A DNA stretch of 64,000 bases from an uncultured Gammaproteobacteria bacterium (lineage in GTDB: Bacteria; Patescibacteriota; Patescibacteriia; VMEV01; CAZAJQ01): contig CAZAJQ010000006.1 in the NCBI GenBank assembly GCA_964485795.1, positions 9,716 through 73,715 of the forward strand, read 5' to 3'. The translations under genes were made by a program, and so were the position numbers. Below are positions 32,668 through 42,382 of the stretch, in pieces (the first letter of the stretch is position 1; every line of letters starts with the position of its first letter). The notes beneath the pieces were generated by a model. The model had not been told where the DNA came from and searched no databases. It worked only from the letters and a program-made list of their open reading frames with translations.

Positions 32668-33006
32668 TTATTTGCTTGCAAATTTCGTATCGCGCAGCTC
32701 AAGATACTGAACATTTTTTTGTGATTGAAAATTTTTTCCGACAATACTCTTTTGGATTCGAGATATTGATTGGAGTTTGGCCGCTACGATTTTTAAGCTG
32801 GATTTTTGTTCTTCAAGTCCCTTGACCTGTTGCTCGAGATCGCGGATGACATACCCCTTGGTGGCCGTATCATTGACTTGCAAGAGATACAGAAACGTAA
32901 AAACGATCGTAACGGCGACGGTAATGATGCGATATCGCTCCCCTATCCGGAGATACGACGGCTTGACCGTCTCTTGCAAACGACCAGACTTTGAAAAATC
33001 ATGCAT
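32668..33006 (-). CDS. FtsL-like bitopic coiled-coil protein
   Basis: Single TM followed by a leucine-zipper-like region; between rsmH and the class B PBP. Confidence 0.7.
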   Translation of the reverse strand: MHDFSKSGRLQETVKPSYLRIGERYRIITVAVTIVFTFLYLLQVNDTATKGYVIRDLEQQVKGLEEQKSSLKIVAAKLQSISRIQKSIVGKNFQSQKNVQYLELRDTKFASK

Positions 33007-33038
33007 ACCTTTTTTTTATTTCTGTATTTTTTGAATGA

Positions 33039-33971
33039 TTATATTTTTTCGGAGATGCGAAGTTTTGCACTTCGAGATCGCGGATTTTTTTGAACTTCCG
33101 ACTCGGACGCGGTAATGACTTTTTTATTCACCCTTCGCATGATGGGGACATTTCCGCAAGTGCATCGCGGAAAATCCGGAGGACAAATGCAGCCTTTCTC
33201 GTACTTTTTGAGCATCTCTTTGACCATCCTGTCTTCCAAAGAGTGAAATGAAATGATCGCCGCCCTTCCTCCTCGTTTCAGAATTTTCGGGAAATCCGTG
33301 AGGAATCGTTTCAGATGATCCAATTCATGATTCACATGTATACGGAACGCCTGAAACGTTTTTGTCGCCGGATGAATATGCTTCGATTGGAATTTCTTCG
33401 GTATGGCTTTGAAAACGATTTCCACAAGATCCATGGTGTTTCCGATCGCTTTTCGGGAACGATGAGCGACAATTTCATGCGCTATTGTTTTGCTGAATCG
33501 TTCTTCGCCGAAAGTCCGGATGATTTTTTCCAGCTCTTCTTCGGAAGAAGTATTGAGTACATCGGCAGCGCTTTCCGAATCGCCTTTGCGGTTGTATCGC
33601 ATATCGAGCTTCCCCGCCTTCCGAAATGAGAATCCTCGAGTATGGTCGTCCACATGCAAAGACGAAAACCCCAAGTCAAGAACCATCCCGTCCACTTCGG
33701 AAAAACCACATTGCGATGCCACTTGCTCGATATCGGCGTAATCGGCATTGAAAAATACGATGCGTTCTCCGAATTGCTCGACAAACTTCTTTTGTGAAAA
33801 ATTCAAAACTTCGGAGTCAATTTCGATGGCAAGAACTTTTCCGCTCGGCTTGCTTCTTTCCAAAATGGCTGTCGTGTGCCCGCCAAATCCGAAGGTCGCG
33901 TCGATATAGAGTCCACCATCACGGGGGTGTAAAGCATCCAGCACTTCTGAAAGCAACACGGGATTATGCAT
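33039..33971 (-). CDS. rsmH: 16S rRNA m4C1402 methyltransferase
   Basis: HNPVLL, DATFGFGGH, DLGFSS, LDMR, ISFHSLEDR, NPRSRSAKLR. Confidence 0.97.
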   Translation of the reverse strand: MHNPVLLSEVLDALHPRDGGLYIDATFGFGGHTTAILERSKPSGKVLAIEIDSEVLNFSQKKFVEQFGERIVFFNADYADIEQVASQCGFSEVDGMVLDLGFSSLHVDDHTRGFSFRKAGKLDMRYNRKGDSESAADVLNTSSEEELEKIIRTFGEERFSKTIAHEIVAHRSRKAIGNTMDLVEIVFKAIPKKFQSKHIHPATKTFQAFRIHVNHELDHLKRFLTDFPKILKRGGRAAIISFHSLEDRMVKEMLKKYEKGCICPPDFPRCTCGNVPIMRRVNKKVITASESEVQKNPRSRSAKLRISEKI

Positions 33972-34054
33972 ACGACTTTGATCTCTTTCCAAATCATTAA
34001 CATTCCTCAGCTTTGTATTTTTTTTGTTTCTTCGGAAAAAGAAGATAGTCGTCC

Positions 34055-34486
34055 TCACACTCCCAACTCCCCCAATTGTTCGGCGATTTCATTGCTTTCT
34101 TTTTCGGTCTTCTGTTTGTATTCTTCCCAACGACGGAAATCCCAAAGTTCGAGCCTATTGTAAAGTCCGGCAATGATGATTTTTTTATCAAACATCCCAA
34201 AATGTCTCAGGTATTCCGGTATGATAATCCTTCCCTGCGCATCGAGCTCCACATCAAAAGCTCCTGCAAGCATCAAACGCGAAAACGCTCGCGTATTCCC
34301 TCGGTTCAATGGCAAGGCCATCAATTTTTGAGCGAGCTTTTCCCATTCTTCCTTGGTATAGAGAAAAAGGCATCCGTCCAGTCCCTTCGTCAACACGGCA
34401 CCCAAGGCAAGATCATCCCGAAATTTCACAGGAAGAGAAATTCTTCCCTTGGTGTCCAAGGAATGCTGATATTCACCGATAAACAT
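34055..34486 (-). CDS. mraZ: Transcriptional regulator MraZ
   Basis: MFIGEYQHSLDTKGRI, DAQGRI (two DxxGR repeats). Confidence 0.96.
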   Translation of the reverse strand: MFIGEYQHSLDTKGRISLPVKFRDDLALGAVLTKGLDGCLFLYTKEEWEKLAQKLMALPLNRGNTRAFSRLMLAGAFDVELDAQGRIIIPEYLRHFGMFDKKIIIAGLYNRLELWDFRRWEEYKQKTEKESNEIAEQLGELGV

Positions 34487-34503
34487 AGTTTGCGGCTTGA
34501 TCT

Positions 34504-34564
34504 CCACTCACTCCCACTTCCACCCACTTAACTACATTTTATACCACCTCGTTCCAACCGTCAA
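34504..34564 (-). promoter_or_regulatory. mraZ promoter with phased GTGG MraZ boxes
   Basis: GTGG on the minus strand at 34507, 34517, 34527 and 34547 (10-bp phase); TTGACG, 17 bp, TAAAAT (34564-34536). Confidence 0.75.
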
Positions 34565-34580
34565 ACGTACCATCAACAAT

Positions 34581-34609
34581 AAAAAAAATCCCCTGGAAAC
34601 AGGAGATTT
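34581..34609 (-). terminator. Intrinsic terminator upstream of the mraZ promoter
   Basis: Minus strand AAATCTCCTG-TTTC-CAGGGGATTTTTTTT. Confidence 0.6.
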
Positions 34610-34656
34610 ATCAAGGAAAATGCATCCATGTTCATCCTGCAATATCGGTAAAAATG

Positions 34657-35040
34657 TTACTTTTCCCCATACCATGCCTGAGCCGAGGAAAACTTTGATC
34701 CAAATCCAAGAAGGTCGGAAAATTTTCGGTGAGCAATAGCGTCCAAAAATACATTTTTCGGAACCGAAAAAGATTTTTTCTTTCTCACAAAAGCCATTAA
34801 GTTTGCCATCAAAACGCAAAAACGAATATTGCTGTAACTTTCTTTGCCTATCAATGCACCGTACGTTGCAAAGTCTTCAACCGATACGCCGCATTGCTTG
34901 CTGAAATCATCAAACGACGAAAAAAATTCTTCCATGCTGTTTTTCTCTCGTTTTATAAAGCTGCCGGAGCTGCTTATTCCGGCCGAATCAAATGCAAAAA
35001 AATCAACGGACTCCGAATGAATCTCAAAAAAAACATGCAT
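34657..35040 (-). CDS. Hypothetical protein, possibly a truncated/divergent TsaB
   Basis: IGKESYSNIRFCVLMANLMA resembles TsaB GPGSFTGxRIGxxxAxxLA. Confidence 0.5.
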   Translation of the reverse strand: MHVFFEIHSESVDFFAFDSAGISSSGSFIKREKNSMEEFFSSFDDFSKQCGVSVEDFATYGALIGKESYSNIRFCVLMANLMAFVRKKKSFSVPKNVFLDAIAHRKFSDLLGFGSKFSSAQAWYGEK

Positions 35041-35043
35041 ACT

Positions 35044-35637
35044 CTATGCTTCATTTCGCTTATCAAGGAGCACCATCTGCCGGCTCGAAAGAAAATCATG
35101 AATAAAACGATCCGAAACTTCCTTTCGATATTGATATTCATCCGGATCCATGATGGTATAGCGAATTTCCACATCAAGCTTTTTTTCCATGTTAGCCACA
35201 ATTTGAGAAAATGCTTCTTTATCCACCTTGCCGATGCAGAGGATATCCGTAGACGCCGGGGTTTTCACAAATATCCCGGAAACCGCCAAATAGAGAATAT
35301 CTCCGACAGACTTGAGTTCGTCATAAAAATGCTTTTCATCCAAAAGTTTTGATTTTGAAATCAAATCCTTGAATTCATGAAACAAAAGAAACGAGGGATC
35401 CGCGCAATAGTATTTTTTTTCCTTGACTCCCGCTGAATCTTTTTGAACTTTTTTTTGATTTTCTACCACGCAAATCATCCCCAACGATTCCAATTTCTGT
35501 AGCTCTCGTCGAATGGCGTTGATTTGGGAATCGGTCAAACGCGTCAACTCACGAATGAAAAAAGGTGTGTCGGGATTTTCAAAAAAAATTTTCAAGAGCT
35601 CAAATCGCGTCTTGGATCCAAAGAGTTGTTCGAACAT
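35044..35637 (-). CDS. Winged-HTH protein with nucleotidyltransferase-like C-terminal domain
   Basis: LFGSKTR..LL..FF, IRELTRL...INAIRRELQKL..LG wHTH; SGIFV...DILCIG C-terminal part. Confidence 0.7.
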   Translation of the reverse strand: MFEQLFGSKTRFELLKIFFENPDTPFFIRELTRLTDSQINAIRRELQKLESLGMICVVENQKKVQKDSAGVKEKKYYCADPSFLLFHEFKDLISKSKLLDEKHFYDELKSVGDILYLAVSGIFVKTPASTDILCIGKVDKEAFSQIVANMEKKLDVEIRYTIMDPDEYQYRKEVSDRFIHDFLSSRQMVLLDKRNEA

Positions 35638-35751
35638 AGGCCAAAAAAATTACCACCCGCATTTACTCATTTATCAGATAGAGTATAATATCTTTCAGGG
35701 GGGCTGTAAAGCTTATTTTTTCGCTTTTTCCTTCATTTTAGGGCTTTTTTT

Positions 35752-38028
35752 ATGCTTCATCTCTTCTCAAAAGAACTTCTCGTTCAAACTCGATCCAATG
35801 ATTTTTCCGATCAACAGATACGATGTTTTTCGTTTTCGCTGAAAGATGATCAGCTCCCTTTTTTGGGAACCATTCTGGCCGTGGGAATGACCAGAAAGGT
35901 CTCAAAATCCGATTTTGAACGCATCAAAAAATCCATCCTCAAGATGGAGCAATATTTCTTTCGGGAAGGTGATATTTCGCCTGATCCGGCATCAATATCC
36001 TTGCATTTTGAAAATGCTCTGCAAAGAGTGAATGACGACCTCTATGAAATCATTTCGGACGCTTCAAAAAACATCACTCCGGAGTCATTGGATCTTTTCA
36101 TCGGACTGGTGGTCAAACGGGATGATAACAAGGAATATGATATCCATATTTCAAATTTTGGCGCTCTCTCGGCCTATCTGGTCCATAAAACCCAACTTTC
36201 AGCCTATAAAGTCATTCCCATTCAGGATCTTTCACCTGACGTTTCTCCCAAAACAGCGTCAGCGAAAATTTTTTCAAACCTCATCAGCGGAACCATTCTT
36301 CCCGATGATGCGATTTTCATTCTCCATCCGGACATGCTGCAATACTTGAGTCTCGATCAAATCAAGGAATACCTTACGCTTCACCGCTGGGAAAAAGGAC
36401 TCAAAAGCATTTTCCACTCCTTGAACGCGCTCAATGGGAAAATCCCTTGGGTTTTCGCTTTTTTATGCCCTCCCATTCTGTCAAAAGAAACCCTTTCGCG
36501 AGGTACTTTGGGATCAAAATCCCAGCAATCCATGGATGCCCTGCAATATACCGAACATTCCACGGAAAGATTGCTCGCTCCCACGACCAGTCTCAATTTC
36601 AAAGTGGGATTACAGCGACTGGGTCTTTGGTTTTCGGAAGGCTGGCTTAAAAATTTTTTTGCGCGCGGATGGTTTGCGCAAATCCGAAACAATTCTCTCC
36701 GTTCCCTCAATAACGCAAGCAAGAAAAGCCAAACCATGTATCAGACACTCTATAAGGCTCAGGGCAATCAAGCGCCTACAAAGCCGCTTTTGTCGGATAT
36801 GAAAAGATCATCGCGATTTTTTCAAAAAGCTTCACTTGGTCAAAAAATCAAAAGCTCCTTGAATATACTTCCGCTCACCATTCTCGGAACAAGGAACACC
36901 ATAACGAGGCTTTCAAGCCTCTCAAAATACCTTCTCTTGGGAAGCACCATCCTTTTTGCTCTCTTTCTCACCAACGTTTTTTGGACGAAAAAAGAGCAAA
37001 CCGCCGAACTCACCCAATCCAAAACCCAGACTATTCTTGCAGAAGCCAAGGATCTATTGGACAAAGCAGAAGCGGCCAATATTTTCAAAAACAATGAAAG
37101 AACCCGTTCGCTGCTGAAACAGGCGCAAGAAAAATTCGCAAGCGTTGCTTCAAACAATCCAGAATCGTCTCCCATCGAGGAAGAAGCGCTCATCAAATCA
37201 AGGATCGAGCGTCTCGAAGAAAAATTAGCGAAGAAAACACCCCTCACGCTCACTCCGATATATCAGCTTGATGCGAACGATTCCAAGCGAATCGCCGTCG
37301 CGGAAAAAATCGAAACGTCACTTTCAATCGTCTTTAACGACGGGAGCATGGATATTTTGGAAACGGATACGAACACCAAAAAATCGGTGGCAACCGAAAT
37401 TTTTGCGTCTCCGGGAATATCAGCCGTGGATGATCAAAAAAACCTCATATTTGTCGATGGCGCATCGCATACGCTCAAAAAACTCGACGATGAATCCGAC
37501 GTGATATCCATTCCCAGCGATCGTATCGACTTTCAAATCATCGCTTTGGAAAATTACGAACGTAATCTTTACTTTTTTGACTCGGAGGAAAAAAAACTTT
37601 TCAAACAGCAGCGATTGGATAAAGGCTACACCCGGGAATCAGGCTGGATTTCGGATGAGAAGATCGTGACCGAAGACATCGCTGACATTGCGGTGGATGG
37701 CTTTGTCTACCTCCTTCATTCAAACGGCAATGTGGAAAGATTGCTGAAAGGAAAAATTTCGACTCCTCCGTTTTCGCTCGAAGCCGTCAATCCCCCGCTT
37801 CAATCCGGATACCGCATCGAAACAACGATTGATTCGGATACGATCGCCATCCTCGATCGTGCTTTCGGAAGAATCGTCATCTTCGACAAACAAGGAAAAC
37901 TCATGATTCAGCTCCTGTCCGAAAGTCTCAAAACGGCTTTGGATTTTTTCATGGATGATCAAAAAAATAAACTCTATATTTTTTCCGAAAAAGAAATTTT
38001 TACGGCCGATATGGTGCTTATTTCATAA
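35752..38028 (+). CDS. Large bitopic membrane protein (cytoplasmic PP2C-like fold?, TM, extracellular beta-propeller-like)
   Basis: Single TM around aa 392-410; C-terminal repeats DIAVDGFVYLL, ILDRAFGRIVIFDKQG (NHL-like). Confidence 0.6.
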   Translation: MLHLFSKELLVQTRSNDFSDQQIRCFSFSLKDDQLPFLGTILAVGMTRKVSKSDFERIKKSILKMEQYFFREGDISPDPASISLHFENALQRVNDDLYEIISDASKNITPESLDLFIGLVVKRDDNKEYDIHISNFGALSAYLVHKTQLSAYKVIPIQDLSPDVSPKTASAKIFSNLISGTILPDDAIFILHPDMLQYLSLDQIKEYLTLHRWEKGLKSIFHSLNALNGKIPWVFAFLCPPILSKETLSRGTLGSKSQQSMDALQYTEHSTERLLAPTTSLNFKVGLQRLGLWFSEGWLKNFFARGWFAQIRNNSLRSLNNASKKSQTMYQTLYKAQGNQAPTKPLLSDMKRSSRFFQKASLGQKIKSSLNILPLTILGTRNTITRLSSLSKYLLLGSTILFALFLTNVFWTKKEQTAELTQSKTQTILAEAKDLLDKAEAANIFKNNERTRSLLKQAQEKFASVASNNPESSPIEEEALIKSRIERLEEKLAKKTPLTLTPIYQLDANDSKRIAVAEKIETSLSIVFNDGSMDILETDTNTKKSVATEIFASPGISAVDDQKNLIFVDGASHTLKKLDDESDVISIPSDRIDFQIIALENYERNLYFFDSEEKKLFKQQRLDKGYTRESGWISDEKIVTEDIADIAVDGFVYLLHSNGNVERLLKGKISTPPFSLEAVNPPLQSGYRIETTIDSDTIAILDRAFGRIVIFDKQGKLMIQLLSESLKTALDFFMDDQKNKLYIFSEKEIFTADMVLIS

Positions 38029-38169
38029 CCCTCAGGTGATCGCGCAACTTTTTGATGATTTCCAGCGTCGTATCCCAGCAGTTCACATCGATCTTACAGA
38101 AAAAACATACCGTTTTTGCGGTATGTTTTCCTGCAGAAAATTCTTAAAATCGGTGAAACCGATCAATGA

Positions 38170-38607
38170 TTATTTCAAAACTACCTTTCCTCCGGCCGCT
38201 TCGATCTTTTTCTTCATCTCTTCGGCTTCCTCCTTTTTAACGTTTTCTTTGAGCACTTTCGGAGCCTTATCCGTAAGATCTTTGGCGTCTTTGAGACCAA
38301 GACCCGTGATTTCACGAACAACCTTGATAACATTGATCTTGCTTGATCCGGCATCCGTAAGCTCGACCGTAAACTCGCTTTTTTCTTCGGCAGGAGCGGC
38401 TGCACCAGCGGCCGCCGGCATGGCACCCATCGCCATCATGGGAGCGGCAGCTGAAACTCCGAATTTTTTCTCAAGTACGGATACCAGCTCGGAAAGATCC
38501 AGAACGCTGAGCTGCTCAATTTGTGAAACGAGATTCTGAAATTTGGCCGGAACCTCGACTTTGGTTTCAGTCGCGGCGGATTCCATCGTGGGATTTTGAT
38601 CTGACAT
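38170..38607 (-). CDS. rplL: 50S ribosomal protein L7/L12
   Basis: [36 protein letters not shown]. Confidence 0.98.
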   Translation of the reverse strand: MSDQNPTMESAATETKVEVPAKFQNLVSQIEQLSVLDLSELVSVLEKKFGVSAAAPMMAMGAMPAAAGAAAPAEEKSEFTVELTDAGSSKINVIKVVREITGLGLKDAKDLTDKAPKVLKENVKKEEAEEMKKKIEAAGGKVVLK

Positions 38608-38642
38608 AGGGGTATATTAGAAATTACCAATGAATAGGGGTT

Positions 38643-38763
38643 GAGACTGTAGAAAAATGCGAACTACTCGCTCTTCGCTACGCAGATTGCTCAAGATACA
38701 ACACATATCTTTCCCAATCTGCTCGCTCCAGAGCTTCGTATTTCATCATTTTTCTACAGTCTC
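38643..38763. mobile_element. 121-bp MITE copy 2 (GAGACTGTAG family), 5-bp TSD GGGTT
   Basis: Perfect 17-bp TIR GAGACTGTAGAAAAATG / CATTTTTCTACAGTCTC; GGGTT at 38638-42 and 38764-68. Confidence 0.92.
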
Positions 38764-38776
38764 GGGTTATAAAAAT

Positions 38777-39322
38777 TTATGCCGCTTTTTTGTCTTTCAC
38801 GGCTGATAAAACGTAGACCAATGACCTCAGATTACCAGCGAGGACATTGACCATGCCTGACAAGGGCGATGCAATGCTAGAAACGACTTTTGCCAAAAGA
38901 ACTTCTCTTGCCGGAATATTTGCCAAAGCTTGGGTTTGCACGGCATCAAGCATGCGCTGTCCGGAAGGGCTCGCGGTCAAAACCGACGCCACCATCTCAA
39001 AAGGCTCATGGGTTTTGCCAAACTCCTTGGCAAGTTTTGCTCCCGTCACCTCGTCGGCATAACTCATGATCACGGCCAATTCTTTGCGACTCACGACCGT
39101 CGGGTCAATATCGGACATTTGGGCGGCTTCAAAAGCCTTTCGAAGCAGGGTCTTTTTGGCAACCAGATATTCTGAATTTTCCAGCTTGACCTTGCGGCGC
39201 AATGTCTCCAGCTCAGAAACCGGAATGCCGCTGAATTGCACAAAAACAACGCTTTTTGCGGTTTGAAGCTTCCGAACAAGCTTCTGAATGATTTCGGACT
39301 TGTGTTGCTTGGAAATGGGCAT
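38777..39322 (-). CDS. rplJ: 50S ribosomal protein L10
   Basis: LRRKV, VAKKTL, LANIPAREVLLAK; upstream of rplL. Confidence 0.95.
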   Translation of the reverse strand: MPISKQHKSEIIQKLVRKLQTAKSVVFVQFSGIPVSELETLRRKVKLENSEYLVAKKTLLRKAFEAAQMSDIDPTVVSRKELAVIMSYADEVTGAKLAKEFGKTHEPFEMVASVLTASPSGQRMLDAVQTQALANIPAREVLLAKVVSSIASPLSGMVNVLAGNLRSLVYVLSAVKDKKAA

Positions 39323-39345
39323 AAAAAAAATCTGTGAATGCAAAA

Positions 39346-39401
39346 CCACAGAATTCGTTTACCTCGATAGGATTTACGCTTCTGCAACCTATGGTCTGTG
39401 G
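39346..39401 (-). promoter_or_regulatory. Ribosomal protein L10 leader (autoregulatory RNA)
   Basis: Minus strand CCACAGA-CCATAGG...TAAAT-CCTATCGAGGT...TCTGTGG resembles the AGAC..AGG/UAA.CCU..CGAGG L10-leader core; promoter TTGACA-17-TAATGT at 39440-39412. Confidence 0.7.
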
Positions 39402-39467
39402 TAATGGACACACATTAACAAGGAATCATGGGACTGTCAAATTGTGTTCACCATGCAGCGGAAAATT

Positions 39468-40169
39468 TCACTGGGAGCGATTTGAGAGAATACTTCCGAC
39501 AAACGTACCATGAAGCAAAAAATTCCGAACACGGGACCATTTTTTCCCGTTCATCATAAGCACCTCGATATCGAGGCGCTCCGCAAGCGCTGAGGCGATT
39601 GCATCAAAAGGAACATGAGCTCCGGGATTCCATGTTTTGGGCGTTATGTTTCGATAGGTTTTCCACAACAGCCTTTTTTGTTTTTTTGCATCCGTAAAAA
39701 TATTCGGATCTTTGTCGTATACATAGTCGATATTGGAAAGATTGAGAATTTTCCGCGCTCCATATGTCTTCGCCAAAGTCACGGCCACAAAATCCGTGGA
39801 CCATCCCGGACGAGATCCGCCCGCAAATACGACGCTATGCTCCGGCCATGTATCGAATTTTTCCGGATCGGTGATAATGTCCGACACGCTCAGATCTCCG
39901 AAAGAAAAAAGAAAAAAATGCGCGTTGATACGTGTCGCCAAAATACCGATAAAATCCTTTTCTTCGGGACGCGCATCACAAACTTTGGTCAATGATCGCT
40001 GGTACTCACGCGCCACTTTGCCGCCTCCGGTAACAATGAAAATATTGCGGTAGTGCTTCCTTATCTCCGCCAATAGACTTCGCATTTTTTTCAAAAAAAT
40101 AACATCCACATTTTCATCGCATATCACGGATCCTCCCAAAGAAATAATAAGGCTTTCTTGTTGATTCAT
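39468..40169 (-). CDS. pyrH: UMP kinase, archaeal type
   Basis: ISLGGS, VTGGGKVAREYQ, PGWSTD, SNIDYVYDKDP. Confidence 0.9.
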   Translation of the reverse strand: MNQQESLIISLGGSVICDENVDVIFLKKMRSLLAEIRKHYRNIFIVTGGGKVAREYQRSLTKVCDARPEEKDFIGILATRINAHFFLFSFGDLSVSDIITDPEKFDTWPEHSVVFAGGSRPGWSTDFVAVTLAKTYGARKILNLSNIDYVYDKDPNIFTDAKKQKRLLWKTYRNITPKTWNPGAHVPFDAIASALAERLDIEVLMMNGKKWSRVRNFLLHGTFVGSILSNRSQ

Positions 40170-40201
40170 AGTATGGTTACATTCACGCTTTCTCAAAATA
40201 C

Positions 40202-41221
40202 CTATTGCCCAAGGGGAACATCTGTAAGATATTTTCTTTTGTTCATGAGATGTTGCTCATAGGACTCGGCAAAATAGATATTGCCGCTTGCATCCGTCAG
40301 ATAAAAAAAGTAATCGTTTTTTTCCGGGTTAAGCGCCGCTTTCAGGGAATCCAAACCCGGATTTCCAAGGGGACCGATGGGTAATCCGAAATATTTATAT
40401 GTATTGTAAGGGCTATCAATCTCAAGATCAGCGAGCGTGGATCGGACATTGTTCTTTTTCGTGATGTAATTGATGCTGGCGTCCACCTGCAAAAGCATAT
40501 GGTCTTTGAGCCGATTCGACAGAATTCCGGCTACTTTGGTTTTTGATCCGTAGGTTCGCACTTCTTTTTCTAATATGCTCGCCATAATCACCGTGTCATG
40601 CAAACTTTGATCGGTTTTGCTAATATCATCTTTGAGCTTTAAAACCTGTACGCCGAAATTCTCGAGCATCTTTCGTACCAGCTGCTCGGCAGATGCGTTT
40701 CGGAATACTTTATAGGTATCAGGGAAAAGATACCCTTCCAATGTCCGAATATTTTCATCACTCAAAAACATAAAATCGTCCCGAAACATTTCCGCGTTTT
40801 GCGCCACTTGTAAAAATTCTTGAGAAGAAGCTATGTCCTGCTGCTCCGCATAAGCGGCCATATCTTCATTCGTCCAGCCCTCCAAAAAAGTCAATTCCAC
40901 CTCATCGGGAGTTTCTTTTCCCTCTGAAAAGAGGAGGAGCAAATCGCTGGGCGCATAGGTCGTCGGAATCGCATACGAACCGCTTTTTACATTCGTATCG
41001 ATGTTTCGCAATTTGGCATAGAGTTTCAACAACCATTTTTGGGATATCAATCCTTGATCCTCGAGATTTTGGGCAATTTTATCAAGATTTTCACCTGATC
41101 GGATGACAAAAAAAGTGTCTTCGGGCGCGTGATGAATCGAAAAAATCTGAACATATCCATACCAGCCGAGTATGGATATGAAGACCATGATGCCAACAAA
41201 AAACAAGGTTGTTTTTTTCAT
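40202..41221 (-). CDS. mltG: Endolytic transglycosylase MltG
   Basis: EGYLFPDTY, ASILEKE, LQVDA, SPYNTY..GLP.GP..NPG. Confidence 0.95.
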   Translation of the reverse strand: MKKTTLFFVGIMVFISILGWYGYVQIFSIHHAPEDTFFVIRSGENLDKIAQNLEDQGLISQKWLLKLYAKLRNIDTNVKSGSYAIPTTYAPSDLLLLFSEGKETPDEVELTFLEGWTNEDMAAYAEQQDIASSQEFLQVAQNAEMFRDDFMFLSDENIRTLEGYLFPDTYKVFRNASAEQLVRKMLENFGVQVLKLKDDISKTDQSLHDTVIMASILEKEVRTYGSKTKVAGILSNRLKDHMLLQVDASINYITKKNNVRSTLADLEIDSPYNTYKYFGLPIGPLGNPGLDSLKAALNPEKNDYFFYLTDASGNIYFAESYEQHLMNKRKYLTDVPLGQ

Positions 41222-41250
41222 TGTATGATTTTCATTTTATAAAAATTTCA

Positions 41251-42324
41251 TCAGACAAACTCCGAATGACTCGTCCGAAGCATTTCCACGAGTTTTTTTA
41301 TGTCAGCGGCGTCTTCCTTTTTGCATACCAAGACGGCATCGGGAGTGGCGACGATGATGAGATCGCTGACACCGCATGTGGCGATCATGCTTTTCGAATG
41401 ATTCATGACATGAATATTACGACTCGCAAGGGACACCGCCAAGGCATCCGCAGACGCATCGCTCCTTCTGTCATCAAGTATATCCGCCACGTGATCCCAG
41501 CTTCCAATATCGGTCCATCCGAAATCTCCCTTCATGATCAACACTTCCGAAGGCCGCAATTTTTCGGTAATGCAATAGTCTATTGCTATTTTCTCAAGCC
41601 GTTCATAATGAAGCAAAGCGCTTTCTTCATCGTTATGATCCAAAGCCTCCTGCACTTTTTGCAACCCTTCATACATGCTCGGAGCATAAGCTTTGTAAGC
41701 CTGTAAAAATTTCTTGGGCGTCCAAATGTAATAATTGCCGTGCCACAGATATTCTCCGGATGCCACATAGTGCAGGGCTTTTTCCTTCGTCGGCTTTTCC
41801 ACATGACCCGCGAATTCGTAAACTTCCACGCCGTCCTTAACCCCGTAAGGCCTTCCAATACGGCTGTATCCATAGGCCGTGCTGGGATATGTCGGATGGA
41901 TACCGATATCCACGAGTTTTCCCGTTTCCGACACCAGTCGTTCCCCGATCTTCAACGTTTGCAAAAAACGATCGGCATCGCCGATATGATGATCGGACGG
42001 GATAAATACCAACGGTTCATCGCCGTGCCGCGCCAAAAGAACGCAAGCGACAAATCCGATGGCAGGAGCCGTGTCCCTCCGCGCTGGTTCGGCCACGATG
42101 CGCGTATGACATTCGCTCGGAATAATGCTTTTCAAAGAAGCAATGTCATTTTGGGCAACGGAAAAATAAATATCCCCCTGAGAAAAACCGCCAAGCAACC
42201 TTTCATACGTTTCCAATATCAAAGGTTTGTCCGAAATAATCGAACAAAACTGCTTTGGCATTGCGTTTCGAGACAATGGCCACAGCCTCGTCCCGCTGCC
42301 ACCCGCAAGTATCACTGCTTTCAT
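41251..42324 (-). CDS. manC: Mannose-1-phosphate guanylyltransferase (no cupin domain)
   Basis: ILAGGSGTRLWPLSR..PKQF, EP..RDTAPA, PSDH, YGY, EKP, WTDIGSW. Confidence 0.92.
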   Translation of the reverse strand: MKAVILAGGSGTRLWPLSRNAMPKQFCSIISDKPLILETYERLLGGFSQGDIYFSVAQNDIASLKSIIPSECHTRIVAEPARRDTAPAIGFVACVLLARHGDEPLVFIPSDHHIGDADRFLQTLKIGERLVSETGKLVDIGIHPTYPSTAYGYSRIGRPYGVKDGVEVYEFAGHVEKPTKEKALHYVASGEYLWHGNYYIWTPKKFLQAYKAYAPSMYEGLQKVQEALDHNDEESALLHYERLEKIAIDYCITEKLRPSEVLIMKGDFGWTDIGSWDHVADILDDRRSDASADALAVSLASRNIHVMNHSKSMIATCGVSDLIIVATPDAVLVCKKEDAADIKKLVEMLRTSHSEFV

Positions 42325-42382
42325 AGATGAAATAATCCAAAACGCTCAGATGAATTCCCGCCTTGACGCAATTTCTATTTTT

